A stretch of DNA of 64,000 bases from Octopus vulgaris (lineage: Eukaryota): contig OX597826.1 of the NCBI GenBank assembly GCA_951406725.2, forward strand, positions 12,772,001 to 12,836,000, given 5' to 3'. The notes under the pieces are model-generated. The model did no database searches. It worked only from the letters and a program-made list of their open reading frames with translations, and was not told the DNA's origin. Below, piece by piece: positions 14,011 through 28,625 of the stretch (the stretch's first letter is position 1; the number at the start of each line of letters is the position of its first letter). A program made the position numbers and the translations under genes.

Positions 14011-14337
14011 ATAAAAAATACCATAATGGGACAAGAACGCAAAACATACAGACAGTTAGGTGAAACAAAAAAAGAGAAAACAAAATATCCAGACAGACGA
14101 TACAAAGGGAACAAGGACGGATCATTCTGAGTTTTCTATCCTCAGTCGAGTTCCAGATTATCTTTACAATTTCGGCTGGTGCAAAGATAATCTGGGACTC
14201 GACTGAGGATAGAAAACTCAGAATGATCCGTCCTTGTTCCCCTTGTATCGTCTATCTGATTATTTTGTTTTTCCTTTTTTAGTTTCACCTAACTGTTTGG
14301 ATGTTTTGCGTTCTTGTCCCATTTTTGTATTTTTTAT
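14011..14337. mobile_element. Long palindromic fold-back element
   Basis: ~158-bp inverted arms 14011-14168 / 14180-14337 with 11-nt loop. Confidence 0.85.
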
Positions 14338-14399
14338 TCATATAAACATGATGTGGATAGGCTCAAATGCGGCTGCGTGATTAAAAAATTCACATGTAT

Positions 14400-14530
14400 A
14401 AGGATGCATGGCCTAGTGGTTCTGGCATTACACTCACAACTACGAGATAATGGGTTCAAATTACTGGACAGGATGCTGCGTTGTGTTCTTGAGCAAAACA
14501 CTTTATATTACGTTGCTCTGAGAATATTTT
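14400..14530 (+). mobile_element. Degenerate tRNA-derived SINE head
   Basis: TGGCCTAGTGG..GGTTCAAAT..TTGTGTTCTTGAGCAAAACACTTTAT resembles the 52805 head. Confidence 0.55.
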
Positions 14531-14763
14531 GCCACCCGATATTTAGTACATCGTACCCTCGTTCAAGCCGCGTCGTTTTGGTGACGGGAATGAGCTAATG
14601 TACTGCACATGCATTTGATTTCATTAAACCAATCATTTGTGCGGGTCGTTCTGCAAGGAATTGCAGAGAATTCGTTTCCGAAGTACAAGGGACTACCATC
14701 CAATACTGTGTGTGCATATATAATATATGGAGATAGATATACATACATACACACACACACACG

Positions 14764-14812
<49 letters not shown>

Positions 14813-14823
14813 GATATATATAT

Positions 14824-14852
<29 letters not shown>

Positions 14853-14854
<2 letters not shown>

Positions 14855-14950
14855 AAATACAAAATGGGACAACAAAACATCCAGATAGACGATACAAAAA
14901 AAGACAAAAAACAAGGACGGGTCATTCGAAGTTTTCTTTCCTCAGTCAAG
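14853..14950 (+). mobile_element. Single-arm copy of the 14011 family in (TA)n
   Basis: AATGGGACAA..GACGATACAAA..AACAAGGACGG..TTTTCT.TCCTCAGTC shared with the 14011 left arm. Confidence 0.75.
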
Positions 14951-14954
14951 TATG

Positions 14955-15002
<48 letters not shown>

Positions 15003-16367
15003 CGGGGGTTATGTATGCATATACACACACATATCCACTGCATTTCCATCACGCTCTGGATATACCATAAATCTCTCAATTTCGATTGGTTTAAGCAACT
15101 GGACTCCAGATCGTGACAACATTTTACATGCATCTTTTGGATTACAATGTGATCATATTTTTTCGCTTAATTACTTAATTATAGAATATCTTTCTGCATA
15201 CTCATCAGTATCACTGCCATGACTGTAATTGCAAATGTGGCTTAATTACTCTTTAGTTAGTTCAGTTTAAATTAATCAATGATATATTTCAAAGCCATAC
15301 AAGTTAACATGAAAAATGTTTGTCTTTTTTTTTTTTGACTGATCGGTTTGTAGATTCCATGTCAAATGTATTAGCTACAAAAACCAAATTGATTCACCAC
15401 GGAATCAAACCCACATCGTCGATTCGGCTAGCAGCTAACTTGAACTTTCCTTTGTTGTACTCACAACTCATTACAACTGAAGTATTATGTTCTGGCACAG
15501 CAACGGCTGCAAAGCAAGATGTAAGCTTCCAATTAACTGATGCTGCCAGCCGTTTTACTTCATTAACTCAGATAATCTTATTCCTCAGTTCAATATAAAC
15601 CTGAACGGCAGGAATGTTATACAAGCTCTCACCACTTCTCTTAATATGTTATTCTATACAGAAGTAATTAATCACTTTGAATGTTAAGGAATCATTATAC
15701 TAATATTGCTAATGGCTGTTGAGAAAATCATAAAGTTTTTCATCGCTCTTATTCTGAGATGTTTTGGCTGAGCCTTTATATGGTAACAGTTGAAGCACAA
15801 TGGCGATAAGCAGATATCGAAATATAGAGTATGTTTATATTCCCTTTCTCTAAACCTTCGGTGAAAGGAGATAAACTTTTTAAAGAATTTCAAAAAGCTA
15901 AATGCAATAACTTCTACCAAGAAACAGAAACAAGATTTTCAGAATTCAACAATACCACAATCATCACAACATAGATACAAAAATGCATACGTTTTTCTAA
16001 AAAGGCGAAAAACACATCGTATCTCACTACTTCAGTACATTAGGAGGTGGAAGGCGGAAGAATTAGCATTACTTCAAAAAGTTAGCGCATAAATGAAACT
16101 ATGACGAAAGAAGATGCCCTTTTTGCCTAATGATAAGCGAAATACCGCTGGGGAGGATCTTGATAGCGACGACCAGCCTACACTGCCTGGTGAATGAGTT
16201 CGTGACAAGGTCAAGGCAGGTATAATCTGAAAAACAAGGGAAAATGACCCATATAGCGGTGTTTAAGGAAGTTTCCGGCATGGTGGATTTCCGTTAAGCC
16301 TTTGGTAACTGGGAATAGGCACTAGTTGTTTTGTGTCATCTTTGTCAAAAATTATATGTCCCTAATA

Positions 16368-16738
16368 GGCGCAGGAGTGGCTGTGAGGTAAGTAGCTTGC
16401 TAACCAACCACATGGTTCCGGGTTCAGTCCCACTGCGTGGCATCTTGGGCAAGTGTCTTCTGCTATAGCCCCGGGCCGACCAATTGCCTTGTGAGTGGAT
16501 TTGGTAGACGGAAACTGAGGGAGGCCTGTTGTATATATGTATATATATATATGTATGCGTGTGTGTTTGTGACAACCGATGCTGGTGTGTTTACGTCCCC
16601 GTCGCTTAGCGGTTTGGCAAAAGAGACCGATAGAATAAGTACTAGGCTTACAAAGAATAAGTCCCGGGGTCGATTTGCTCGACTAAAGGCGGTGCTCCAG
16701 CATGGCCGCAGTCAAATGACTGAAACAAGTAAAAGAGA
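16368..16738 (+). mobile_element. Dominant octopus-type SINE (tRNA head, CORE-like box, internal TA/GT tract, CCAGCATGGCCGCAG tail)
   Basis: GGCGCAGGAGTGGCTGTG..GGGTTCAGTCCC..CTTGGGCAAGTG..TGAAACAAGTAAAAGAG; many homologs in window. Confidence 0.93.
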
Positions 16739-16941
16739 GAGAGAGATTACTGCAAAAACTGTGATACTGGGAAATGTGCATTTCTGACGCTATTAAAATA
16801 CTTCAATGTAGGTCAAAGAAGTCGGACTTCGGAGGTGTTGGTCGACGTTGCATTCTAATTGACAACGAATCACTTGCGGCTGAGTTGATTAAATACAATC
16901 GATTCCGTTTTTTCCTTTCCAGAGAAGATACGTAGTATGTG

Positions 16942-17276
16942 CGAAGGTGCGTGGCTTAGTGGTTATTCGGGGCATTCTGCACGTGATCGTAAGGTCGTGA
17001 ATTCAATTCCCGGCGGCGCATTGTGTCCTTGAGCAAGACACTTAATTTCACGTTGCTCCAGTCCACTCAGCTGGCAAAAATGAGTAGTACCTGTATTTCG
17101 AAGAGCCAGCCTTGTCACATTCTGTGTAACGCTGAATCGCCCCGAGAACAATGTTAAGAGTACACGTGTTTGTAGAGTGCTCAGCCACTTGCATGGTAAT
17201 TTCACGAGCAAGCTGTTCCGTTGATCGTATCAGCTGGGACCCTCGTCGTCGCAACCGACGGGATGCTCCTACTACC
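16942..17276 (+). mobile_element. tRNA-derived SINE (head type 2, tail type B) with 13-bp TSD
   Basis: A/B boxes, TTGTGTCCTTGAGCAAGACACTT; TSD TACGTAGTATGTG at 16929-16941 and 17277-17289. Confidence 0.92.
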
Positions 17277-17607
17277 TACGTAGTATGTGTAGGACAGATA
17301 GTTGTAATCTTGGTTTTCGGTTCTCCCACGTGACAGCATTCTCCGACACAATTTCTCTTTCAGAAGTACAGTCATTAAGTGATTCAAAATTACATGAGAG
17401 AATAGTCATCGTAGAATTCAACGCAAAAAAGTATTTGCGCAAAAACAAATATTGCGTACGTAGGTCTGCTCAAAAGCGATAAGGCAAGAAAGAGCTTAGT
17501 CATTTACAAATATTGCTTCTCTCGTTAAATGCAAAATATTCCTGACCATCAGAACTATTCGACCATTTCTTCACTACCTTCTTATTAGCAAAATCTAATT
17601 GACAAAA

Positions 17608-17780
<173 letters not shown>

Positions 17781-18961
17781 GTACTCGCAGAATGCATTGC
17801 TGTCTAGGAAATAAACAGTGAGTTATTGATAAATTTTTAGTGAAGGAATCGTAGCAATTCTACATAAGTTTGTTCATTCAAAAACTACTTTTATGTACTT
17901 TCTAGCAAAGATTCGCGGATTAAAACCGTTGCCTTTCACAAAATATACACAAACCATCTCCAGTAAAGGCTTGCATGAAAAAAAAAATTCTTGTTTTTTT
18001 CCACCTCCAACATTCTCTCTAATTCTTTAACACATGATTCTAATGAACTTTAGCGCACAGCCCTGTCACTAATTTAATTGTCAATGGTGTGATGTGATGA
18101 AGGTGTCATATAACTGCGCGATACTTTTAAACAATTAACGTATAATTCAAAGGAGTGAGAGGGAGAATGTTGCCATAAAATCCGTCTATTAAATAAATGT
18201 AAAAATGGGTAAAGTATTCCCGTGATACGTGGTAAAAATTATTTGGTGTGTCACGATGGATTTAATAGTCTGTAAAGAAATAAACGATTGATCGTTAGTA
18301 ATGTAAATTTTATAATTTTAAATAGAAATATATTTTCAGGTTTAGACGCCTTGAATTTTAAAGAACTTGGCTGCCACAAATAAAAACTGCAATACATATA
18401 GCACGTGATGGTTCTGAAAAGGAAATATCAATTTTGATAGTGAAACCAAGATGGACGCCAGTAATAAAAGCAACAATAGATTGATTGTAGAAAATGAAAG
18501 ACGAGCAAGATTTTTTTTTTTTTTTTTCTTCTTCTTCTAAGACACGATAATTTTAAAATATAATTCAGACAAAGAATGCATAAAAACACTCAGTAAGTGA
18601 TGCTGAATTTAAAGATATATAGTTCTCTGGATGTTGGTGTTATAATTCGTCTTTTTTATTATTATTACATCGAGAACAAAGAGATTTTGATACGAAAGCA
18701 TGGATATGCTTTGAGGAAAAAGCGAGATAATTGGGCAGATAATTGGAAGAAATTATGAAAAGAAACGTCCAGGTTTTGACACAGACTAATGAGTAATTTT
18801 AAAACTGTATTTAAAAACTGAATAAATATATCAGCAGTTGGCGTGAACCCAAATAAAGATCTTGGAAACTTCAGTCGAGATGTTGACGACCTGATTAGTG
18901 TGATTCTGGAAGTCTGCAATCTCTTCTACCGTTTGAGTCAGCTATAAACCTACTCACAAAT

Positions 18962-19029
<68 letters not shown>

Positions 19030-19086
19030 TATATATATATATGCATATACATATATACATATGTGTGCATATACTTATATATACAT

Positions 19087-19128
<42 letters not shown>

Positions 19129-19133
<5 letters not shown>

Positions 19134-19254
19134 AGAGTTTACCGAAAAGAACAAAAGACGAAGACAGGTGTTGTACAAAACAAACAAATGTATTAGTATA
19201 ACGCTCGGAAATAGAAAAAGTATCTTATGTTTCGAGCCTACGCTCTTCTACAGA

Positions 19255-19260
<6 letters not shown>
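19129..19260 (-). mobile_element. (TA)n-embedded repeat with minimal hammerhead-like motif (CUGUAGA core)
   Basis: Minus strand 19222-19258: UUU-CUGUAGA-A-GAGC GUAG GCUC-GAAA-CAUA; related to the 21060 and 22362 copies. Confidence 0.65.
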
Positions 19261-19315
<55 letters not shown>

Positions 19316-21059
19316 CGTCAGTAATTCGTATATCTGAATACGAAGCATACTCTAAAGCATTAAGTCAGTAATATATTTTTTAGGAAGTTATAGAGTGACC
19401 ACTGGTTTGGTTAGATTCAAATCGCTGAAGATGCATAACCTCTCTAGAACTGGAGGAAGAAATACATAACGGTCAGTTAGTTTTGTTAACAAAAACTAAT
19501 TGGCCGTGCTGCGGGACAGGGTTAGCGTCAGGGATCATACCCCTTACATTGGCTCCGACTATATTGATTTTCGAAGGAACTCTGGTGGGACTATTCAACG
19601 AATGGGGAATTCCAAGTCTGAAGTAGGAAACGATTTACATTTGGGCATTGACTGAATATCTCTTTCTTAGAGTTTAAAAAGGCTCCTGCCTGACTCGAGC
19701 GAGTTTTTTAGGATTCTTGCTCTCCCAACCAAGCAAAGCGTACATCGTTAGCTCCCGTTTTTACAAGCCAATTGTTATTCAAGGAGCTTCCACTTAATCA
19801 TGTTGGGATTCCTTCCTCTTTTAAGTGCAATACGTGGTTGGCCAGGGACGTGACGTTGCAACATTTCTCCCTAAACATAACCAATGGTACTTTTAAACAC
19901 CTTCCCCACTGAAAACATTTTATATATACGCGCGTTTATTTTATGCTTGCGGATATGTGTCTGGATTGTATTTGTGCTCGATTTCTAAACATGCTGGCTT
20001 TTTATGATCTCTAACAGTTGCGTATTTGTATAGATTATGCAGACTTTTGTATCTTGTGATAAAAAAAATGAGTGTTAGAAAAGTTGATGAATGTATAGAT
20101 TATCTTTTATTAACCAAAGTCTAAAGAGAATCGAAAAAACATTTTTAAACAATTGAACATGTAGTGGAGCTGTTTTACCATTAAGATTGCCGTTGAATGG
20201 GTGAATATAAGTAGCGAAAATTCCAAAGAGATTTCAGTCTTTGATGTGTAGTTAATTTCCATCGAGCTGATCGATTACCGGATCTATGGATTTTAATATT
20301 GCAGGAGAATATGTGATATTATGTCTCAGTCGTAATTATAGCTATAGACGTATTAGTCTTTATTGAAAAGCTGTTTACACACAAAATCGAGCATGAATTC
20401 GCATGCATACGCGAATGAAACACATACTTACATGTGTGTACGTGTGTGTTTGTGTGTGTGTGCATGTGTGCATGTGTGTGTGTGAGTGTGTGTGAGTGTG
20501 TGTTACATTTAATATAAATGAAATATTTATCTCACACGGGACACAGAGTACTTCTTTGTTGATCCTATCTATAACGAAATATTGAACTATATATGTGGGT
20601 GGGTGTTTACATGCATACATATATATCATATATATATATATATCACTCTACACACACACTGGCACGTTACATACGCCCCCACCCTTTCCCTCATTCCCTT
20701 CTTCCCTCCTTCCTCCCATTTTTTACCACTGACCACTCACTCGAGACTTGCTTGTCATCTGTTCGCCCTGCACGCACTAACATATACATATTTTTTTGTT
20801 TTTTTATCTCGCCTCACACACACATACACACACGCACACGCACACACTCACACATACATACACACGCATACACACATACCTCCCTGTTTTTGACCTGCCT
20901 TTCTCACTTGCTAGGGTACCCCCACACACTCCTTTGCTCTACTACTGCCTGCTACTAGCCACTGTCCACCATACACACACATACACACACACGCACACAC
21001 ACATACACACACCCTCGTTTTCTCGCACACCTTTTTTACCATTCCCTCTTTGATTCAGC

Positions 21060-21433
<374 letters not shown>

Positions 21434-21462
21434 ATATATATATATATGCATACATATATATC

Positions 21463-21508
<46 letters not shown>

Positions 21509-21759
21509 ACGCGCTGTTTCTAAAGGGTAGTTAAAATGTAGAATGGGGATATTGTTTCACGTTTAGACGACAGAACAGTGACTAATCTGTCGACCGAGGG
21601 AAAGTGTAAACGCGAAACTTAAGTGACAGTGGCCTACTGCTTTTGTCGAATGCTTGTAAGTATGTATGTATGTATGTCATAGTTCAGTTTTATTTCAAGA
21701 TTTCTTGAAAGATTTCTTGAAATCTACAAAATTAGAAATATTGCATTTCTAAATCCCTC

Positions 21760-22130
21760 AGTGAGAATTATGCAGTGGCAGCACGATAAAGTGATGGTGT
21801 GTTGCCAACTTAATATGGAAAGGGAAGAATGCTATTTCTATTTAGTACGAAGAAACATGTGTATGCCCGAATCACCAACCCACTACATCTACACATTCAA
21901 AGAAGTCTGCCAACAGCCCTTCAACAACATCACACTCTGATAAGCTCAGTGGCTACTACTAAGTTCAGGCATTGACAGACAGAAGGGATGTCCTTGTAGC
22001 TGACGATTTTAAACTTACGGAGACAATATTTACATAACACCGGAAGAAACACAACTAGATCACATAATGCAGGGAAAACTTGCATAAGCAAGCATCTGCA
22101 ACCCTGGAGTACTACGTTGCGTGGAAACAA
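21760..22130 (+). mobile_element. Old LINE AP-endonuclease remnant
   Basis: ~21977-22015 translates TDRRDVLVADDFK, resembling the APE GDFN motif; very decayed. Confidence 0.35.
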
Positions 22131-22361
22131 TTGTAGTGATTAAAAATTAAATGTCCAACAGTAACTCTTCTTGTTAACTTCACTTATTTTTTTTTCAGTT
22201 ATATAATTCACACACGACAGGTGCCCAAACGCAAACGAGGAAGTACTATTGAATAGCGCAGGGTGAAATTTGAAGGCGGACGAGCTTTATGTTGTAGTCT
22301 ACTACGTTCTTACAGAATATGGCATAGCACACACACACACGCATATATATATATACATGTA

Positions 22362-22568
22362 CAGTGACCACGTGTGTATCGTTGGCGATTTTTTTCCTCC
22401 ATCTTCCCTTCCTTGGATCTTTCCTTTTTCTATGTTTCTGACGAAGAGCTCCGCTCCAAACGTTAAATCCTCCTTCTTTCTTTCCTTTCCTGAGCGTCCA
22501 ATAACACTATACTTGTTCCACGTCCTCGCGTTGTTGTATTTTCTCTTTGTGTTTTCATGTTTAGATTA

Positions 22569-22572
<4 letters not shown>
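22362..22572 (+). mobile_element. PLE-derived repeat with minimal hammerhead (GAAA changed to CAAA)
   Basis: 22438-22467 CUGACGA-A-GAGC UCC GCUC-CAAA-CGUU-AAA; followed by (TA)n. Confidence 0.7.
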
Positions 22573-22622
<50 letters not shown>

Positions 22623-23199
22623 CATATGCACACACATACACATTATATTGTTATATTTGGGGTGGATCATTTTTTGCTGCCAATTAACTTCAAGCACTTT
22701 ATACACGTTGTTCACTTCAGCTTCATTATCATTCTTTGTCTGAAATCTTTCCTCACACACCGTGTGACCTCTTCAGCGATTGCCCAGCCCGCTTGTCTCC
22801 TGTTCTATTTAGTCCATTCTGTCTTTCTGTAGCTTGTATCCTTATCTGAGCAAGCATTTGTGTTTGCATCTGTGCGTTTGCATACGTGTGTGTGCGTATG
22901 TGAGTGTATGTGTTTGTGTGTTGTGTGTGCGCGCCTGTGTCTGCGCGTGTCTATGTGTTTACTCTGTGTGTTATATGTGCGTGTTTATGGGTTTGCTTAC
23001 TACACTACTTTTAGCCGTGTTCTATATTTAGTTATTTTTTATTCGTTCATGTACTTGTTTATTTTCTTCTTTACTTCTTTAGTATGTGTATGTGTGCCTT
23101 GTGTGCGTGTGTGTGGGTGCGCATGTGTGCGTATATGTGTGAGTGCGTGAGTGTATGTGTGTATTTGTGTGTGTGTTTGTGATTGTGCATTAAGCTGCC

Positions 23200-23400
23200 T
23201 CCATGTTTTAATTGGGCATATTGGTAGAACACTAACGACCTTCTTCCTGAGCGCCCGCCAATGTACATCTATCCTCTCCCCAGTGCTACATGCTGTCTCC
23301 TCAATGTATATTGCTGTCCTGCTTCTGTACCTCCCTAGATACACCGTATACTATAGACAACATACTGTGCAGTTATTATCCGTGTTTTGGGCCTTATAAA
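23200..23400 (-). mobile_element. PLE GIY-YIG endonuclease remnant
   Basis: AIYIEETACSTGERIDVHWRALRK aligns with YIGETSRSIAERLNEH of the 7.1-kb element. Confidence 0.65.
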
Positions 23401-23494
23401 TGGATATCCACTACAAATCAGTTTTATTAAGATCGCTGGCCTTTCTAATATTTTAATCCGTAGATTCATCTTATCTAAAATTTTCTTAAGTAAG

Positions 23495-23532
<38 letters not shown>

Positions 23533-24619
23533 CTCGCGCGCATACATAAATACATTTTACTGTTTCATTAATAGTAAAACCAACAAAATGAACTTCATCC
23601 AGTGGAATGAATATCTGTTTATGTACACAGTAAGTAAATTATGAGCATCTAATTGTTTCATGATGTTGAAGCACAATGGCTAGACAGTTTTATAATATCA
23701 TGTCTTGTGTCTGCAAGCACTCCTTCATGATGCTATAAATAAAACTAGCCACAACATGGATGGCATTATTTGACTTATATGATTGAACGCAACGTATCCA
23801 TTTCCAAGCAAGTTTATCTCAATAATTCCGATGCGACTCTATTCTTGCACTGTTCTCGTTCCCTCTCTCCTTTCGTTTCCTCTCTCTTCCTTTCTCTAAT
23901 TCCGTTTATCTCCCCTTCTCTCCCTTTCGTTTTTCGCTCTCATCCTTTCTCTAATTCTTTTCCTCTCCTCTTCACCGTTCTCTATCTGTCCTTCTCACTT
24001 TCTAACTTTTCCTTCTTTACTCCCGCGTTGCTCACACGTGATCATCGGCCAGATTTCATTCCTAACTTGAGCTTCTGTCTTTCCTTTTGATCTACCACAC
24101 AGATCAGACGTATTCTTGTCTATTTCCTCTCCTATTTTTCCCCTGTCAAAGCTCGTTCCTTACTGCTTGTTTTCACTGTCCTGTTTTTGTTACCAACTTT
24201 GACCCTCCGCAAATCCCAAATTTTACTTTGCTCTGCGGGAGCAACTGTGTTCTCGGAGACACATCTTGTCGTAATTGCTCGAAATGTGAAGTAGATAAAC
24301 AGCTGACAACTGATGAAGGGTTGTTCTTTATGTTACTCGTCTTGTTTTCCATTTGTTTCTTTCGTTGCTCGCAAAAAATGTTCGTATTCCATGTTTCCGT
24401 ATTTCATGTTGTTTACGTTTTATGACGACCTGTACCCATATATGCATATGTATATACATATATACATATGTATATATATATGTAAGTATGTACATATATG
24501 TATATATGCACACACACATATACATATGTATATATATTATTTATATTATTATGATTGAACGCATCCATTTCCAAGTAAGTTTATATATGTATATATATAT
24601 ATATATGTGTGTGTATATA

Positions 24620-24666
<47 letters not shown>

Positions 24667-24959
24667 ATATATATATATGTATATATATATATACATATAT
24701 ACATACATACATACATATATATATATATACATATATATAAAGAGAAATAGAGATAGAGAGGGATAGAGACATAAAGAAAGAGAGCGAAAGGAAGGACATC
24801 TTCGAGTCATTTTGAAAAAAGAAAAATATATATTGAAATAAATTAAATTAATCTTTCATAATATCGGTTCCGGAATTTTAATTGTTCATCTAATCAGCAT
24901 CACAAGGTGCGTTATTTAGTATCCTTCCGATTGTTGCAAAATATTACTTGACATAACAG

Positions 24960-24990
24960 TTAGGGTTAGGGTTAGGGTTGGCTGTTAGGG
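24960..24990 (+). repeat. Short interstitial telomeric repeat
   Basis: (TTAGGG)3 TTGGCTG TTAGGG. Confidence 0.8.
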
Positions 24991-25105
24991 AGAAGTAGGG
25001 CTGCCAGGCAGTAGCAGCAGGAGCAAAACGGTTGCAACAGCCAGGGAGGGCCCTCTCTCTCTCCGTCTCTCTCTTTCTCTTTCTCTCTCTCTCACACACA
25101 CACAT

Positions 25106-25136
<31 letters not shown>

Positions 25137-25656
25137 AACACACACACACATATTATATATATATAAGGAAAGGAAAAAAAGGTACTGGGATCAATATGAT
25201 TGACTTTCCCCCTCCCCACATAATCATAGCCTTGTGCCTCTAGTAGAAAGGATTATTATCATCATCATCATCATGCTAGCAATGGATAAAATAAAGTACC
25301 TGCCTATTACTGGAAACGCAACGGCGACCGCACGTGAAATTGAAACAACCTTTATCATTATTTTCGCTACACGTAAGTCATGAGTGCTGCCCAAAACTAT
25401 TCCATATTCAACCGATTTGAGATTTATTCACACCGTTTATGATGCATTTGAGGCTACTCCGCAACCTGTCAAGAGATAGGCCTGCAGAAACTCCGTTTCA
25501 TTTTCTGATCCATATTCAAGGACAAATTTGAGTTCATATTTGTCTATTTAGATATTTATTTAATATATATTTACGAGTATATTTTAATATACTGGATGTA
25601 ACTAGTGGGTTTACTGCATATTTTCATGTTTTATTATCCATTGTGCGTTATGCATG

Positions 25657-25709
<53 letters not shown>

Positions 25710-25874
25710 GTATATATGTGTGTATGCGTATTATATATATATACATATATACATATATATTATATTATATTATATTATATTATATTATATTATATATATA
25801 CATATTCCTCAACATAATATCGAGTTCTCTTTCATTCTTTGGTTGTCTTACCATTTTTATCAATATATATGTAT

Positions 25875-26016
<142 letters not shown>

Positions 26017-26478
26017 TATCGGATTCCTATTAGTGCTGGGATAACTTAAACTATGATGCTTCTGATATTGATGCCAAAGTAGAATTTTCTTCTTTATGTT
26101 TCGAATATGGAATCAAAGCATGAAGGTCACGATGTCAGATTTTTATATAATTTTTGGTAATTGATTTTCTGCTTCTGGTCCCCAATGCCTACGTTTTAGG
26201 GAAATAATATTTTCCCCCTTTCTAGCAAGAAGTATGGTTTCGATATTGATTTTATTTTATTAAAATATTGAACGCTGTTGCTATCGCGTTGTGCGTTCTT
26301 GTTGCGTATTTAAAGTCGCGATACTTCGGCTTAATTCATTCAATATGTTACATCAAGCTTGTGGTTTTATTGTCCGTTTTGCTTTTATTATCCATTGTGT
26401 ACTTTTATTGTATTGCAAACGCACGTGCACACGACTATATACATATATGCATGAATACATGCAAATATATATACATAT

Positions 26479-26952
26479 ATACAAATAAGAAAATGGAAGA
26501 ACAGATTCATTTCAATCATCGACTTACAGATATTACCAATTCATATTATTTATTAACTACTTAAATAGAAACATCCAAATTCAACAAAATAAAACAAAAT
26601 ACATCAGTAAGTAAGATAATACCAGAAAAATAATACACATAAAAGGGATCTTACAGCTGTTTCAGCCTGTAGGTTGGATTTGGATGTTCCTATTTATGTA
26701 GTTAATAAATAATATGAATTGGTAATGTCTGTAAGTCGATGATTGAAATGAATCTGTTCCTCCATTTTCTTATTTGTATTATGAATTTGAGGTAAAATAG
26801 TTTACCTTCGCCCATCTAATACAATAAATGAATTAATTGCATTGCAATTGTAAGCATTTATGTATTTGCCTTTTGGGTGCTTCACCACCAGTATATTGGA
26901 TAACTGATATCCCATAGCGGGTTACACTCATAACCCCTATCTCACTTTGTAC
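26479..26952. mobile_element. Fold-back PLE-type terminal element with hammerhead 3' half
   Basis: 107-bp inverted arms 26479-26585 / 26673-26779; loop on minus strand reads GGCU-GAAA-CAGCUG-UA. Confidence 0.75.
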
Positions 26953-28284
26953 TATATATGCATATGCATATTTGGGTGTTTATGTGTATGTTTATATGTA
27001 AGTTTGCGTGTGTGTGTGTGAGTGTTTATATGCGTAAATATATTGTGACGGTTAAACTCAAATCAGAAAAAGCTACCAATGATAACAATAGCGCATAGAT
27101 ACTGGATTGAAATCGTGGGAGATAGAACAAGTCGAAAGCTGTCCGTAGGATTAACGACTTAGACATAATTATTTATACATGTGTGTGTGTGTATGTGTGT
27201 GTGTGAGTGTGCGTGCGTGCGGGGTGTGTATATATTTACACACATATCCATGTACATACCCATATACTGGATACTTATATGGATGTATGAATATCCCATA
27301 TATGGATATGATTATGGATCTATGAATTTCCTAATAAGGCGATCATTTTTATTGGTATTCGTGTAATTTAAACTGTGAGGTTTTCTCATGATGCTACAGC
27401 ACAATTTAACTCTTTGGTTTTCAAATATAGAATGAAAGCATTTGTCTTGTATGTTTTGACTAGACCATATTCTTGACCTTTCCCCCACGTTTCTAACCCG
27501 ATTCCCTATTAATATTCTATTTTCTCAATATTATATTCGATATTAGTTTCACTTTGCTTTTGTAATATTCTCGTTCTCTTTTATTTTGCCGTGTAAGAAT
27601 TGGTTTATTTCATGTGTTTTGTCTATCTACATCGCGTGGCTTTGTGCTTCTGTGTGTCTGCTATGCTTGAGAAAAATTACTTTACTCCATTAGGATTGAA
27701 TCCATTTTAGCTTCATACTACTATGAAGCAAATACTGCTTGTGTTTGCTTCCATGGAAATAATTTCTTTGAGAGTCCGATGTATTTGGTTATTATTATTT
27801 TTTCACTGTGTTTCTTTATTCAGCGTCTCAGAATGCATTTCTATTATTAAATGTTAATTGATTTTGTTAAGGTCAGTTATGATTTATTCTTGTTTTTGTT
27901 ATTTTGGATTTTCCTCGTTGAATTTGCATATTCGGCTTGTTGTTGTTGTTGTTGTTGTCGTTGCTATTTACTCCTTCGGCGTTACTTGTGCAAACATGCG
28001 ACCAAAGGCATTCTGTCTGTGACCATCTTATCTTTTAGGAGTAGGCAGCACGTTTTTATTCAATGTAGCCATTGAATAAAAAAATATGATTTCAGGAGAT
28101 CTTTAGCAGTTTGATCGATCATGAAGTAATTCTTCTTTCCGTCTCGTTATTGATTCTGTTCTTTTACATTGGACAAAGAGCGTGTAATTGTTGCGACTGG
28201 GTATTTGAACAGTTGTTTCTGAGGAGTCTTGCTGACGTCATGCTTTGTTGCATTTCTACCAGCTCATTACTATCTGACTTCAAA

Positions 28285-28625
28285 TTACCCTTAGGTCGAC
28301 TTTACTTTTCGCTAAGTACCTGTCATGTGCTGGGGATAATTGTAATAACTTGCTCTTTCCATCAAAATTTCTGACCTTGTGCCAAATTTAGAAAGAATTA
28401 ATGTCAGTTTTGATAAAGTGGGTGTTGGCTGAATCGTTAGCGTGTCTGACAAAATTCAGAGCAACATATCTTCTAGCTTATTCCGTTCCGAGATCAAATT
28501 CGTGGAAGTCATCTTTGCGAAGACGATAAAATAAGAACTAGTCAAGTACTTGGGTCTTTGCAATCGACTAACCTCTCTCTTCGAAATTGTTGGTCTTGTA
28601 CCAAAATTAGAAACAATTATTATCT
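28285..28625 (+). mobile_element. Two degenerate MetaSINE-like fragments
   Basis: AGGTCGACTTTACTTT..AAGTACC and TGGCTGAATCGTTAGC..GATAAAATAAG..TTAGAAACAATTATTAT. Confidence 0.5.

Noticed and set aside
24230-24330. Possible hammerhead (GAGCAA/TTGCTC-GAAA and downstream CTGATGA)
   Set aside because: Upstream core is CUGCGGG, and the CUGAUGA has no following stem II plus GAAA; too degenerate to call
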